In this document: in pieces, positions 1-9,289 of the stretch
Position numbering within the stretch: position 1 is the first letter of the stretch
Layout: every line of letters begins with the position of its first letter
From: an uncultured delta proteobacterium
Lineage (GTDB): Bacteria; Myxococcota_A; Polyangia; Polyangiales; Polyangiaceae
Length of the DNA stretch: 64,000 nt
Reading direction: 5' to 3'
Assembly: GCA_963696385.1 (NCBI GenBank)
Contig: CAVOKF010000004.1
Location: 480,001 to 544,000 of the forward strand
Notes under the pieces: generated by a model
The model's database searches: none
What the model saw: the letters and a program-made list of their open reading frames with translations, nothing else
Told to the model about the DNA's origin: nothing
Position numbers and translations under genes: made by a program

Positions 1-4
1 GTCG

Positions 5-567
5 ATGGCCGCGCAGTATGGTGACGCAAGGCTCGTGCGGCAGCTCCTCGACCGGGGCGCAGACGTAGACGCGGGTCGCTCTCAGCTTCACGCCGGTCGC
101 TCACGCGGCGGCGCGGCAACGTCACGAGATCGTGGATCTCCTCCGGGGCGCGGGCGCGGCAATCTCCGTTGTCACGTCCGTATACCTGGGCGACCGCCGC
201 GCGGTCGCAAAGGCCGATCTCGTCGTCGACGAGGAGGGGACGCCGCTGCTCTTGCACGCTGCCCAGTCGCTGAACGGCGAGATCGTCAAAGACCTTCTCG
301 ATCGGGGCGCGGACGTCCTTGCAACGGATCGATTCGGCGAGACGGCGCTTCACCGCGTCGCAGACCTTCGGCGCGCGGATGGAGGAAAGGCCGCGCGCGT
401 TGCGACGTTGCTCATCGAGAGAGGCGCGCCTGTCGATGCCCGGAACCGTGACGCGGTCACACCGCTTCATCAAGCCGTCCGTGCGCGGAATCTTGCCGTC
501 GTCGAAGTCCTTCTCGATCACGGGGCGGATCCGAATGCCGCTGACAAGCGCGGCTCGACGCCGCTTC
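5..567 (+). pseudogene. Ankyrin-repeat protein, frameshifted (~69-87) and truncated by a MITE; may start before the window
   Basis: Ankyrin motifs lie in two frames: AAQYGDARLVRQLLDRGADVD in frame 2, then FTPVAHAAARQRHEIVDLL...GETALH...VTPLHQAVRARNLAVVEVLLDHGADPNAADKRGSTPL in frame 3. Homology stops at the MITE boundary. Confidence 0.8.
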
Positions 568-663
568 AGTACCCCGATTCCATGAAACGGAGGGGTGAGA
601 CCACCCGATCCCGTCGGGAATATCGCGGAAAACGACCCTTCCATTCCGTGGAATCGGGGTACT
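568..663. mobile_element. MITE (non-autonomous IS630-derived element), ~96 bp
   Basis: 29-bp terminal inverted repeats match at 25/29 (AGTACCCCGATTCCAtGaAAcGGAgGGGT vs AGTACCCCGATTCCAcGgAAtGGAaGGGT). The right end differs by 1 nt from the IS630 end at 4586-4616 and is flanked by CTAG (662-665). Confidence 0.85.
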
Positions 664-722
664 AGGGCTCGCCGACCGGTGATCCGGACCGACGCGTCTT
701 CTCGCGCGCCGGCCGAGACGCC

Positions 723-1121
723 TCACGGTGTGGGTGCCGCCGCCTCGCGGGCTCGAAGGCGCGCCAAGAGTTCGTCGAACCTGACCTGCTGCGGACCTCG
801 CAGCTCGGCGCGGATGCTCTGGTCGACCTTGGCCCTATGGTCGATCAGGGGGTGACCGCAGCGGGCATCCGTCTCGAGCGCGATGGCCTTGGCCTCACGT
901 CGAGCGTCGTTCAGGAGCGAAGCGATCCGCTCGCGCTGGGTCGCGTCGAGCGAGAGCTGTTTCGTCATGACCTCGAGCCGCCGCTCATCGGTCCGGTCGT
1001 CCAAGAGGTGGGCCATATGCCGCTCCCTGAGGACGGCGAAGACGGCCGCGCCTCCGGCTACCGCGCCGAGGAGGAAGACGGCGACCACGATCAGGTAGCC
1101 CCGCAAGCTGCGCCCTACCAT
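723..1121 (-). CDS. Membrane-anchored periplasmic helical protein (Spy/CpxP- or heavy-metal-sensor-like)
   Basis: ATG at 1121. N-terminal TM (YLIVVAVFLLGAVAGGAAVF); LSLDATQRERI and LRGPQQVRF resemble LTxxQ motifs. Third gene of the ECF operon. Confidence 0.7.
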   Translation of the reverse strand: MVGRSLRGYLIVVAVFLLGAVAGGAAVFAVLRERHMAHLLDDRTDERRLEVMTKQLSLDATQRERIASLLNDARREAKAIALETDARCGHPLIDHRAKVDQSIRAELRGPQQVRFDELLARLRAREAAAPTP

Positions 1122-1393
1122 CCGGCGTCCGCCTCGACGGCCGCGATGAGCGCGGCGTCCCAGGCGCGCTCGCTCCGCGCCGCCCAGACCAGACACACCG
1201 CCGCGACGAGCGCGGCGAGCGGCACGAGCCTTCGCGCAGCGCACGACAGATCGCTGCCCCAGTCCCCCCCCGCCGTCTCGCGCTCGATCATCGCGGCGAC
1301 GCGCGCGGCGAGATCGGGCCGCGGGCCCACTCCGCTCGTGGCTTCGCGGAGGCGCTCGAGCCGCGCGTCGCTACTTTCGAGGGTTTCGCTCAC
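1115..1393 (-). CDS. Putative single-pass anti-sigma factor
   Basis: GTG at 1393 preceded by GGGAGG. Small, with one TM (LVPLAALVAAVCLVWAA), directly downstream of and overlapping the ECF sigma gene. Confidence 0.65.
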   Translation of the reverse strand: MSETLESSDARLERLREATSGVGPRPDLAARVAAMIERETAGGDWGSDLSCAARRLVPLAALVAAVCLVWAARSERAWDAALIAAVEADAGW

Positions 1394-1922
1394 CGGCCGC
1401 CTCCCATTTTCGCAGCGCCGCACGGGCGCGCACAAGGCGCTGTTCGACCGCGCCCTCGCTGCACCCGAGGATCTCGGCCGTCTCCGCGGAGCTGAGCTCC
1501 TCCACCACTTTCAGCATGATGACGACCCGGTGCTCCTCGGGCAACGCCCCGAGCCAGCCCGCCAGCTCCCGCAAGGCGACCCGCGCTTCGCTGTGAGCCG
1601 CGCCATCCACGCCGGCCTCCGCGCCTTCGTTCGCCGGTCTCGGCGGCGCACGTCCTCTTGCGCGCTGCGCGTCGAGCGTCGTGTTGAGCACGATGCTGTG
1701 CAGCCAGGTGCCGACCTTCGAACGCCCATCGAACCTCCGCGCAACGAGCGACCGGTACGCCTTGAGGTACGCCTCCTGCACCACGTCCTCGGCCTCCGCG
1801 ATGCTCCCCAGAAGGCGCGCGCTCAGGCGCACGAAGCGATCCTGCGTGGCTGCGACGATTTTCGGGAACGCGGACGGATCGCCGTCCGAGACAGCAGCGG
1901 CGGCTTTTTCGAGATCGGTCAA
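1371..1922 (-). CDS. ECF-type RNA polymerase sigma-70 factor
   Basis: Region 2 (AEDVVQEAYLKAY...TWLHSIVLN) and region 4 (LPEEHRVVIMLKVVEELSSAETAEILGCSEGAVEQRLVRAR). Confidence 0.95.
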   Translation of the reverse strand: MTDLEKAAAAVSDGDPSAFPKIVAATQDRFVRLSARLLGSIAEAEDVVQEAYLKAYRSLVARRFDGRSKVGTWLHSIVLNTTLDAQRARGRAPPRPANEGAEAGVDGAAHSEARVALRELAGWLGALPEEHRVVIMLKVVEELSSAETAEILGCSEGAVEQRLVRARAALRKWEAAGERNPRK

Positions 1923-2105
1923 TGGCCCGCCTCATGGGACACCTACTAGGCCGTTGGACGGTCCGGGCCGCCATCCCCCTACGCAAGAATCGACAGGTCG
2001 CTCTCGTGGCCGCGTCATGCCGGCGGAGCGTCGATGGAACGCAAAGCCCGCGTAGGGAGCCCGCGGCCGCCAGCGTCAGAGGATCGAACACCCAGGAGAT
2101 GTCCC

Positions 2106-2723
2106 ATGAAAGTCGCGTCGTCTCTGTCCATTCTTGCCTTCGTGCCCGTGTTTCTCGCCCTCGACACCGTTTGCTCGCTCGCGTCCGCAGACGATCAAGG
2201 GCCCACCCCCGCGACGGCGCGGGCGTACGCGCGCCTGCTCCAACGCTTCGACTCGAACCACGACGGCCTCTTGCAAACGACCGAGCTGCCGGCGCCGCTC
2301 GATCGCCGGCTCGGAGCGGCCGACTCCGATCACGACGGCGTGATCACGCCGGAGGAGCTTCACCGCTACGGCGTCCAACGGCGCGCGGCCCGGTTTGCGC
2401 GCGCCGACAAGAACGCGGACGGAAAGCTGGATCCGTCCGAGGTCGGAGCGGACCGCTGGGACTACTTGAAGGTCGCGGACGCCGACGGGAACGGGACGCT
2501 CACGCTCGACGAGATCGAGCGCGCCGTGGCGTCCGGCACGCTGCACGGCATGTCGGCGGAGGAGGTCTTTCAGCTCCTCGACCGCAACGGCGACGGGGTG
2601 ATCGATCTCAGCCGGGCCAGGGAACGCGAGCGCGCGCTGCTTGGCCCGGCCGACACGAACCACGACGGGAAGGTGACCTTCGCGGAGCTCAAGGCTTACC
2701 GCGTCGCGATCGGCCGCGATTGA
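2106..2723 (+). CDS. Exported EF-hand calcium-binding protein
   Basis: CAGGAG RBS and signal peptide. Six DxxxDG-type loops: DSNHDG, DSDHDG, DKNADG, DADGNG, DRNGDG, DTNHDG. Confidence 0.9.
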   Translation: MKVASSLSILAFVPVFLALDTVCSLASADDQGPTPATARAYARLLQRFDSNHDGLLQTTELPAPLDRRLGAADSDHDGVITPEELHRYGVQRRAARFARADKNADGKLDPSEVGADRWDYLKVADADGNGTLTLDEIERAVASGTLHGMSAEEVFQLLDRNGDGVIDLSRARERERALLGPADTNHDGKVTFAELKAYRVAIGRD

Positions 2724-2856
2724 GGCGGTCCGGGTTCAGGCCAGGTCGTCCGATGCCGCGGCTTCAAAGCCATTCGTGAGCCGAGCGCCCGCGGATCGAA
2801 CTCGATGTCGTCGTACCGTCAAACGCACGCTTCGGCTACCCGCCGCGCGTCGAACG

Positions 2857-4260
2857 CTACGGCCCCCCCGACTGGGTCGGGTCCTCGATGTGACCGAGAA
2901 AAAGGATAGCCCCGGTGGGCACGTCGACGATGGCCATCAGATAGGGCCGGTTCACAACCATTGGAATGGGTTGCGGTGGTTGCGAGGCGACCCCATCCGC
3001 CCCCGCCACGACGACCGCCGTCGCCGCGGCCGCCTCGACACCCGTTTCCTGCATCGAGACCGTCGCCTTCTGGAGGACGTCGGAGACGTATAGGTTGAGT
3101 CCGTCCGGCGTGTGCGGACACATCCCCGAGAAGTCGGCCTGGACCGGATCGAAGGCCTGAGTCATTCCCATGGCCTTTAGCGCCGTTGCGAGAGAGAAGG
3201 TCGGTGAAGTGAAGGTGACCTTGGGCACCGAAATCGCGACGAGCGCGTACGAGGCCGGCAGAACGAGCGGGGGCGCACTCACGGCCAGGCCGGCTTCGTA
3301 CGTCGCGAGGGCGACGCCCGGATGCGGGACCGCAATGACCACCGACAGTTGACCGGCGAGCGGCAGCCCGGCAATTTGCGCCTGGCCGTCGTCGACGTAC
3401 GGCACCGACTCGGTCTGGTTCATGAAGCTCGGCGAGACCGTCAGGCCGTCGGCGCGCACGAACAATCCGGTAGCCGTCGCCGTGGAATCGAAGACGCTAG
3501 ACCACGGAAACTTCAAGTGCAAGGCGTTGACGAGCACCATGCGCGTGAGGCTGCTGAGCGCACCGACCGGCAGCAGGTCGTTGATCTTGTCGTCGGTCTC
3601 GGAGCTCACCCAGGCGTTGATCGTGCCGGTCGCTTGGACCCACTGATTAACGAAGTCTTGCAGGTGTACGCCCGTGCCGTAGCTCGTCGCGAGGATCGAT
3701 AGGAACGGAGCCGCCCACGGGTAGGTCTCTTCGCCCCAGACGGAGTTGACGACCTCCAGTTGGTAGTTATCGGCCGAGGCGTCTGTCTCGTCTTGTTGCT
3801 CGTTGGCGATCGCGGTCGGTCCACGCGACGCGAGGGCTTGGCTCAGGGCATTCTGCCCGTCGAAAATCGACGTGCCGCCGTCGGCGTCGAAGTGCAGGGC
3901 GGTAGCCATCTGTGTCGCGGTCGGCCCCACCGCTCCCGCATACGCCATGACCAACGCCAGTGAGGCACTCAGAGGCGATGTGAGCAGATTGCTCGCTCCC
4001 GCGTCCGAGTCCACTTCGGAATACAGATTCAAGGCAAACGCATTGTTGGCGGCCACGGCGGCGTCCAACGCGGCGGCGGAGACTTGGGCGGCCGGGACGC
4101 GCACCGCATCCGCCTGGTCCACGGTGGATTCCGCCCCTCCGTCACGGGTCGGTACCGAAGGCGACGCGTCGGGGGACGATGCCGACCCTGCGGACGAGCT
4201 GCACCCAGGGAGTGCCAAAAGAACGCCGACGGATAGCGAAAGAACAGCCGATCTCAACAT
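2857..4260 (-). CDS. Serpin-family protease inhibitor, lipoprotein
   Basis: Lipobox LPGC. Serpin motifs NLLTSPLS, INAWVS.ET.DKI.DLL, LVNALHLKFPW, hinge ETGVEAAAATA and signature VNRPYL...ILFLGHIEDP. Confidence 0.95.
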   Translation of the reverse strand: MLRSAVLSLSVGVLLALPGCSSSAGSASSPDASPSVPTRDGGAESTVDQADAVRVPAAQVSAAALDAAVAANNAFALNLYSEVDSDAGASNLLTSPLSASLALVMAYAGAVGPTATQMATALHFDADGGTSIFDGQNALSQALASRGPTAIANEQQDETDASADNYQLEVVNSVWGEETYPWAAPFLSILATSYGTGVHLQDFVNQWVQATGTINAWVSSETDDKINDLLPVGALSSLTRMVLVNALHLKFPWSSVFDSTATATGLFVRADGLTVSPSFMNQTESVPYVDDGQAQIAGLPLAGQLSVVIAVPHPGVALATYEAGLAVSAPPLVLPASYALVAISVPKVTFTSPTFSLATALKAMGMTQAFDPVQADFSGMCPHTPDGLNLYVSDVLQKATVSMQETGVEAAAATAVVVAGADGVASQPPQPIPMVVNRPYLMAIVDVPTGAILFLGHIEDPTQSGGP

Positions 4261-4588
4261 AGGCTGAGGCCACGCACGGTCCGTGCCACGTCGCCGGCAT
4301 CGGCCGCTTGCCAGCCGTCCTCCCGCGGCATCGCTCCGGGCCGCGTGCCAACCTGCGCCACCGCGATCGATGCGTCTCAAGCTCCTCGGAGAGTCTTTGT
4401 TCGCACCCATCGGCCCACACGGCAACGGGCGCTCCCGGATGGTCTTTCGGAAGTCCGCGTTCGGCCCAGCCGCGCCAAGGTGTCATCGGATCGAGCCAGC
4501 CGATGACGAAGGGCGCTCGAGCCATCGTCAGCATTGGTGCCAATGGGGGCGTGGGGAGCGTCGCGCTCCTCGAGGCGTGAGAGGACTA

Positions 4589-5783
4589 GTACCCCGATTC
4601 TACGGAATGGAAGGGTAGAGGCGGCGCAGCTTGATGCGTGCGTCCGCCGTGGTGAAGCGCCAGTTGACCTTGCGGTCGGGTCGCGAAGCCTGCCACGCGG
4701 AGACGATCGTGTGGAGCGCGCCGATGCTGCCGACGCGCTGGTCGAGACACTGTATCGATAGGGTCGAGAGGAAGATTTCGGCGACGTTGAGCCAACTGCC
4801 GTGCTTGGGGGTGTGGTGAACCTCGAACCTCTCGACCAGACGACGAGCCTCTTTGGGCGCGAATGCTTCGTACAGGCACGAAAGATCGTGGATGTTGAGG
4901 TTGTCCATGACCAAGACGATGACGGTCGCGGTTGCGTAGGTCTCGTCGGACAGGCGGGCTAAGAAATGCGCCATGTCGACGGCCGTGCGTCGCTCGGTCA
5001 CTTCGACGACGGATTGCCCGGTCAGCGGTTCCACGGCAGCGAAGATGTTGGCTGTGCCGCACCGCTTGTATTCGTCATCGACGCGGGCCGGTGTGCCGGG
5101 GCTCGCAGGAACGGGCTGGCGGGTGTGCTCGAGCAACTGCTTGCTGGTCTCGTCGAGACAGACCTGCGGCCGGTCCGGATCATAGGGTCGATGGTAAACG
5201 TCGAGCACATCCTCCATGCACTTTACGAACGCCGCGTTTTCCTCAGGCGGAATGCAGAAGCGCTCTACAAGCCAGGGCTTGATTTCGTTTTTTTTAGACC
5301 GCGCTGGACCGTGCTCGGGCTGACGGAGTCGAACACCTTCAGCTCGACGAGTCGGTCCGCGAGAAGCGAGATGGTCCACCGTGCCCGCCCTGCGGGCGGC
5401 TCACTGCAAGCGATCTGAACCAGCCGCGCCTCCGAGGCCCCGTCGAGCTTTCGCGGCCGCGACGGGGTGTCTTGGGGCTTGCGCTCCAGGCACGCTTCGA
5501 CGCCGCGCTCGCAGCAGCGCTTGCGCACGCGCTCCACCGTGACGAGCCCGGCCTCCAAGTCGTCCGAGATTTCCTGATCGGTCAGCCCTTCGTCGGCTTT
5601 CAGCAAAATGCTTGCGCGAAGCCTTTTCAGGCCCGAGACGCGCTCACGCTTCACGAGCTGCGTCAGCGCCGCCCGCTCGTCCACCGTCAGATTCACTACG
5701 TAGCGCTTTTTCATGGCCCACCATGGAGCACGCCCTCGTCGCCATGGAAAGCAAAACCCGTCGCGTCAATGGATTCGAGGTAC
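4589..5783 (-). mobile_element. Complete IS630-family insertion sequence
   Basis: Imperfect terminal IRs (GTACCcCGAtTCtA / GTACCtCGAaTCcA). CTAG at both junctions (4586-4589 and 5783-5786) is consistent with TA duplication in a CTAG target. Encodes a split transposase. Confidence 0.93.
4600..5714 (-). CDS. IS630 transposase in two ORFs (HTH 5714-5265; DDE to 4600) joined by a -1 frameshift
   Basis: HTH ORF (RPRKLDG...PPAGRARWTISLLA) and DDE ORF (VCLDET, VMDNLNIH, PKHGSWLNVAE). An A8 run on the coding strand (T8 at 5288-5295) joins ...RGLKK to NEIKPW. Confidence 0.93.
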
Positions 5784-7654
5784 TAGGCCCGCATCGACGT
5801 CATTCGCCGCTGCGCGAGGACCGCCGTTCCCGTGAGCCCCGCGATGACCGACCCCGTAAGCACGCCGAGCTTCGCGACCCCCGCTTCGTCGGGCGACAAA
5901 GCGCGATCAGCCATTAGGAGCGCAAGGGTGTCCCCCACGCCGCACAGGCAGGCAGCACCGATGAACTGGCGCAACGTCACGCCCTTGAGCGGGGTCGCTA
6001 GCCCCGTCGACACCGCGATGGCGGAGGCGACGAGGACCCCAATGGGCTTGCCGGCGACGAGCCCGAGCACCGTTCCGGCCAGGATGTGGAGCCGCTCGGG
6101 TGACGACAGCTGGATGGCGAAGCTCACGCCCGTCGCGGAGAACGCGAATAGTGGCAGCACCACGTACGTGCTCCAGGGCCCGACGGCCCGTTCTATGCGC
6201 TCGGCCGGCGAGAGCAGCCGCTCGGCGGCCGCCGATAGGTTGCTCGCCGCCCACTCCCACACGGGCTCGGCCTCCAGCCGCGACGTGTCGCTGTTCCGTG
6301 GCCGCGCCGCTATCTCTGCTTGATCGAGGGCGGCGAGTGCGGTGGCCGCTTGCGCCAGGAGCGGCGCGGGGGCGGGTGGGGGGCGCGCGGGGACCGCCAG
6401 CGCGACCACCACCCCCGCGAGAGCGGCGTCGACGCCCAACGCGTGGAGCGACAGCCACATCGCGACGGTGGCGAGCACGTAGGGCCATCTCGCGTAGACG
6501 CGTGCGCGATTCAACGCGAAGAGCGCGAGCAAGCTCGCTGAGACCGCCGTCGCATAGACCATGGCAATCGCGCCCGGAAAAAACAACGCGAGCGTCAACA
6601 CCGACAGCACGTCGTCCGCGACGGCGAGCGCGGCGACGAACACGCGGAGACTCGGCGGGACGCGGTCCCCGAGGAGAGCGAGCAAGCCGAGCGAGAACGC
6701 CACATCGGTCGCCGTAGGTATCGGCCATCCGCGCGCTGCTCCGCCCCCATTGAGCGCGAGGTAGATGAGCGCGGGGGCTACGACCCCGCCCATCGCAGCG
6801 ACGAGCGGAAGGAGCGCCGCGCGCCGGCTCGTCAGAGCTCCCACCGTCATCTCCCGCCGAATCTCGAGGCCTACGATCAAGAAGAAAAGCGTGAAAAGCC
6901 CCTCCGAGAGCCACTCGCGCGTCGTCAGCGAGAGCAAGCTCCCCACGGGCCCGATGCCGAGCTGGGCGTTCATGGCGCGCTCGTAGAGCGGCGCCAGAGG
7001 CGTATTCGCGCAGATGATCGCGAAGAGCGCAGCCAAGAGCAGGATGAGAGCTCCCGATGTCGGCAGGCTCGCGAACACGCGCGCGGAGCGATGCACGCGC
7101 GCGGCGACAGGACGCTCGAGAGACTCGAACATCGAGTGATAGTCCCAGGCACCGTCATAGCGGAGCCCGTCCACGAAGAGCGTGGGCGTTCCGGTCACCC
7201 CGTTCTCGCGGCCGTCCTCGACGTCGCGCTCGACGCGCGCGCGCATGGGCTCGGAGTCGAGGTCGCCTTCGAAGCGGCTCGGGTCGAGGCCGATCGCCTT
7301 GCCGAGCCGTAGAAGTTCGATACGCCCGATGGGGAGCTCGTGATCGAAGATCGCGTCGTGCATCTCGAAGAAGCGCCCTTGAAGCGCCGCGGCCTCGGAC
7401 GCCCGCGCCGCGAGATGGGCGCCGGGGTTCGCGTGCTCGTTCGGAAAGTGACGGAAGACGTAGACCATCCGATCGCCGAGCACCTCGCGAAGTTGACGCA
7501 TCACCGGGCGAAGGCGTCGACAGTAGGGGCAAAGGAAATCCTGGTAGCTAACGACGAACACTGCCTCGTCGCTCCAGGAGCCGCGAACGTGATCGTTCTC
7601 GGGGTCGACCCCCCGGAGGAGCCGAAGCTTCGGTGCGTTCGAATCGTGCGCCAT
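5783..7654 (-). CDS. nhaA: Na+/H+ antiporter NhaA with an N-terminal DsbA/thioredoxin-like domain
   Basis: N-terminal DFLCPYC and GVTGTPTLFVDG. NhaA motifs FFLIVGLEIRRE, GWPIPTATDVAF, LAVADD and GKPIG. Confidence 0.92.
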   Translation of the reverse strand: MAHDSNAPKLRLLRGVDPENDHVRGSWSDEAVFVVSYQDFLCPYCRRLRPVMRQLREVLGDRMVYVFRHFPNEHANPGAHLAARASEAAALQGRFFEMHDAIFDHELPIGRIELLRLGKAIGLDPSRFEGDLDSEPMRARVERDVEDGRENGVTGTPTLFVDGLRYDGAWDYHSMFESLERPVAARVHRSARVFASLPTSGALILLLAALFAIICANTPLAPLYERAMNAQLGIGPVGSLLSLTTREWLSEGLFTLFFLIVGLEIRREMTVGALTSRRAALLPLVAAMGGVVAPALIYLALNGGGAARGWPIPTATDVAFSLGLLALLGDRVPPSLRVFVAALAVADDVLSVLTLALFFPGAIAMVYATAVSASLLALFALNRARVYARWPYVLATVAMWLSLHALGVDAALAGVVVALAVPARPPPAPAPLLAQAATALAALDQAEIAARPRNSDTSRLEAEPVWEWAASNLSAAAERLLSPAERIERAVGPWSTYVVLPLFAFSATGVSFAIQLSSPERLHILAGTVLGLVAGKPIGVLVASAIAVSTGLATPLKGVTLRQFIGAACLCGVGDTLALLMADRALSPDEAGVAKLGVLTGSVIAGLTGTAVLAQRRMTSMRA

Positions 7655-7846
7655 GGCGGGGTGGCTTCGTACCACGTGGACCCGCATCGCGAGGCTCCTC
7701 GCCGCGGCGTGAGTCAGCGGGAAGTGCTACGTGACGCCGAACCTCCGCGGGCAGGCGCCGCACGAAACCTGTTCCTGAGGAAGGCCGATAGGGATTGGCA
7801 CGACCCGCGGCAATCCTCATGGCCGATGAGTTGGCCATGCCCCTTG

Positions 7847-9196
7847 TCAGTCTGCGGATGCGTCTGTCACAACGATTCCACCGTCAACCGGCGTCCCGAT
7901 TGCGCCGGGGACCGCCATAACTCCTCCGAGCGACGACGGGGTCGTGATGACCTCGACCGGTGTCCACTCGTCAGTCCCCGCCGCGTAGGCGAACCGGTCG
8001 ATGACGTTGGTCGTCAGGTGCCCCGAGGTGAAGAGCTCCGTGCCATCCGGGCTGAATGCGAAAGCGACTGCGCCGGTGGCTCCGAAGCTGTCTTTGGCCG
8101 TCAGTGCCCCGCCCGCGCCGATGGTGAACCGGTAGACCGAGTTGACGTCGACCGCGGCGACATAGAGCTCGCTGTTTTCGACGGCCATGTAGAACAGGCG
8201 CGGCGCCGAAGAGACCGTCGCCGCGACCGTGACCGTCCCGCTGGTGAGTACGTATTGGCGGATGGTGCTGTCGGTCACGCCGCCCGATGTGGCGTAGATC
8301 GAATTGCCGTCCGGGGCCACGGCGAGGCCCTGAGTGGGCGCATTGCCCAAGGTCCCATTGGCGACGGCGTTGTCCCCGTTGTCGAAGGTGAACCGAGAGA
8401 TCGCCGGACCACCCGTCGGGGTGACGCCGTTGGTCTCCGCGAAGTTGGCGGCGAACAGCTCGCCCGTGGTTGGGTGAAAGACGAGCTCGCCGACCTCGTT
8501 CAGGCCGTTGCCGGTGATCGTTCCGTTCGGCGTGATGGCTCCGCTCACGGGGTCGTATTTGAACCGCGAGATGCTTCCGGCCACGCCACCCGGTGCGATG
8601 TTTCCGAAACGATTGCCAACGAAGATCTCGGAGGAAGTGGCCCGGAACGCCAGGCCGATGGGATCGGAAACGAGGCTCTGGTCGATCCCAGCGACCGCGA
8701 CTGGAGGTGCGCCGCTGCCCGCGACCGTGAAGCGCAGCACGCCTTCCCAGAGGTTCTGCGCGATGGTGGGGCCGGGAGGGCTCTCGGTGACGAATAGCGA
8801 GTAGCCCGTGATGCCGCCGTCGCCGGCGTCAACCGGGGTCGTGGCGTCGGCGACGCCGCCGTCGCCCGAGCCTGCACCGTCGCTCTGCGCGCTGTCGCCC
8901 GAGCCAACGTCCGTCGCTTGTGCGCCGTCCGACATCGGCCCGTCCCCGACGGTGGCGTCGGGGACGCCGCCATCGCCCGAGCCTACACCGTCGCTCTGCA
9001 CGCTGTCGCCCGAGCCACCATCCGTCGCTTGTGGGCCTTCCGGGCCCCCGCCATCCGGCGAGCCGGCGTCTGGGGTGCTGGCGTCTGGCCCGCCGCCCCC
9101 GCCGCTGGAGCTGCAGCCCGCAAGCGTCACGGCTGCCGAGAGTGCAAAGCCCGCGGCGCTCATCCGAGTTATTCCGTATCGAATCAACATGTTCAT
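7847..9196 (-). CDS. Lipoprotein with a low-complexity linker and C-terminal beta-propeller (lactonase/NHL-like)
   Basis: Lipobox LAGC. Blade motifs PIGLAF, LVFHPTTGELF, GLAVAPDGNSIY and FAFSPDGTELF. Confidence 0.8.
   Translation of the reverse strand: MNMLIRYGITRMSAAGFALSAAVTLAGCSSSGGGGGPDASTPDAGSPDGGGPEGPQATDGGSGDSVQSDGVGSGDGGVPDATVGDGPMSDGAQATDVGSGDSAQSDGAGSGDGGVADATTPVDAGDGGITGYSLFVTESPPGPTIAQNLWEGVLRFTVAGSGAPPVAVAGIDQSLVSDPIGLAFRATSSEIFVGNRFGNIAPGGVAGSISRFKYDPVSGAITPNGTITGNGLNEVGELVFHPTTGELFAANFAETNGVTPTGGPAISRFTFDNGDNAVANGTLGNAPTQGLAVAPDGNSIYATSGGVTDSTIRQYVLTSGTVTVAATVSSAPRLFYMAVENSELYVAAVDVNSVYRFTIGAGGALTAKDSFGATGAVAFAFSPDGTELFTSGHLTTNVIDRFAYAAGTDEWTPVEVITTPSSLGGVMAVPGAIGTPVDGGIVVTDASAD
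8841..9033. repeat. Intragenic direct repeat: two ~82-bp copies, period 111 bp
   Basis: 8841-8922 vs 8952-9033, encoding QATDxGSGDSxQSDGxGSGDGGVxDAT twice. Confidence 0.85.
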
Positions 9197-9289
9197 TTCT
9201 TTCTAGGGTCGCCGCGCCTCACCAAGAGAACGCCAAGGATGCTCACGTAACCGCATTCGTACCCAGCCGTCCAGCGTCGGGAACGCGGC

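Noticed and set aside
837..1949. Long alternative-frame ORFs (e.g. 837-1949, 7340-8797, 32163-33692, 44471-46054, 47021-48874)
   Set aside because: Shadow ORFs overlapping well-supported genes, with Arg/Pro-rich composition expected in high-GC DNA.
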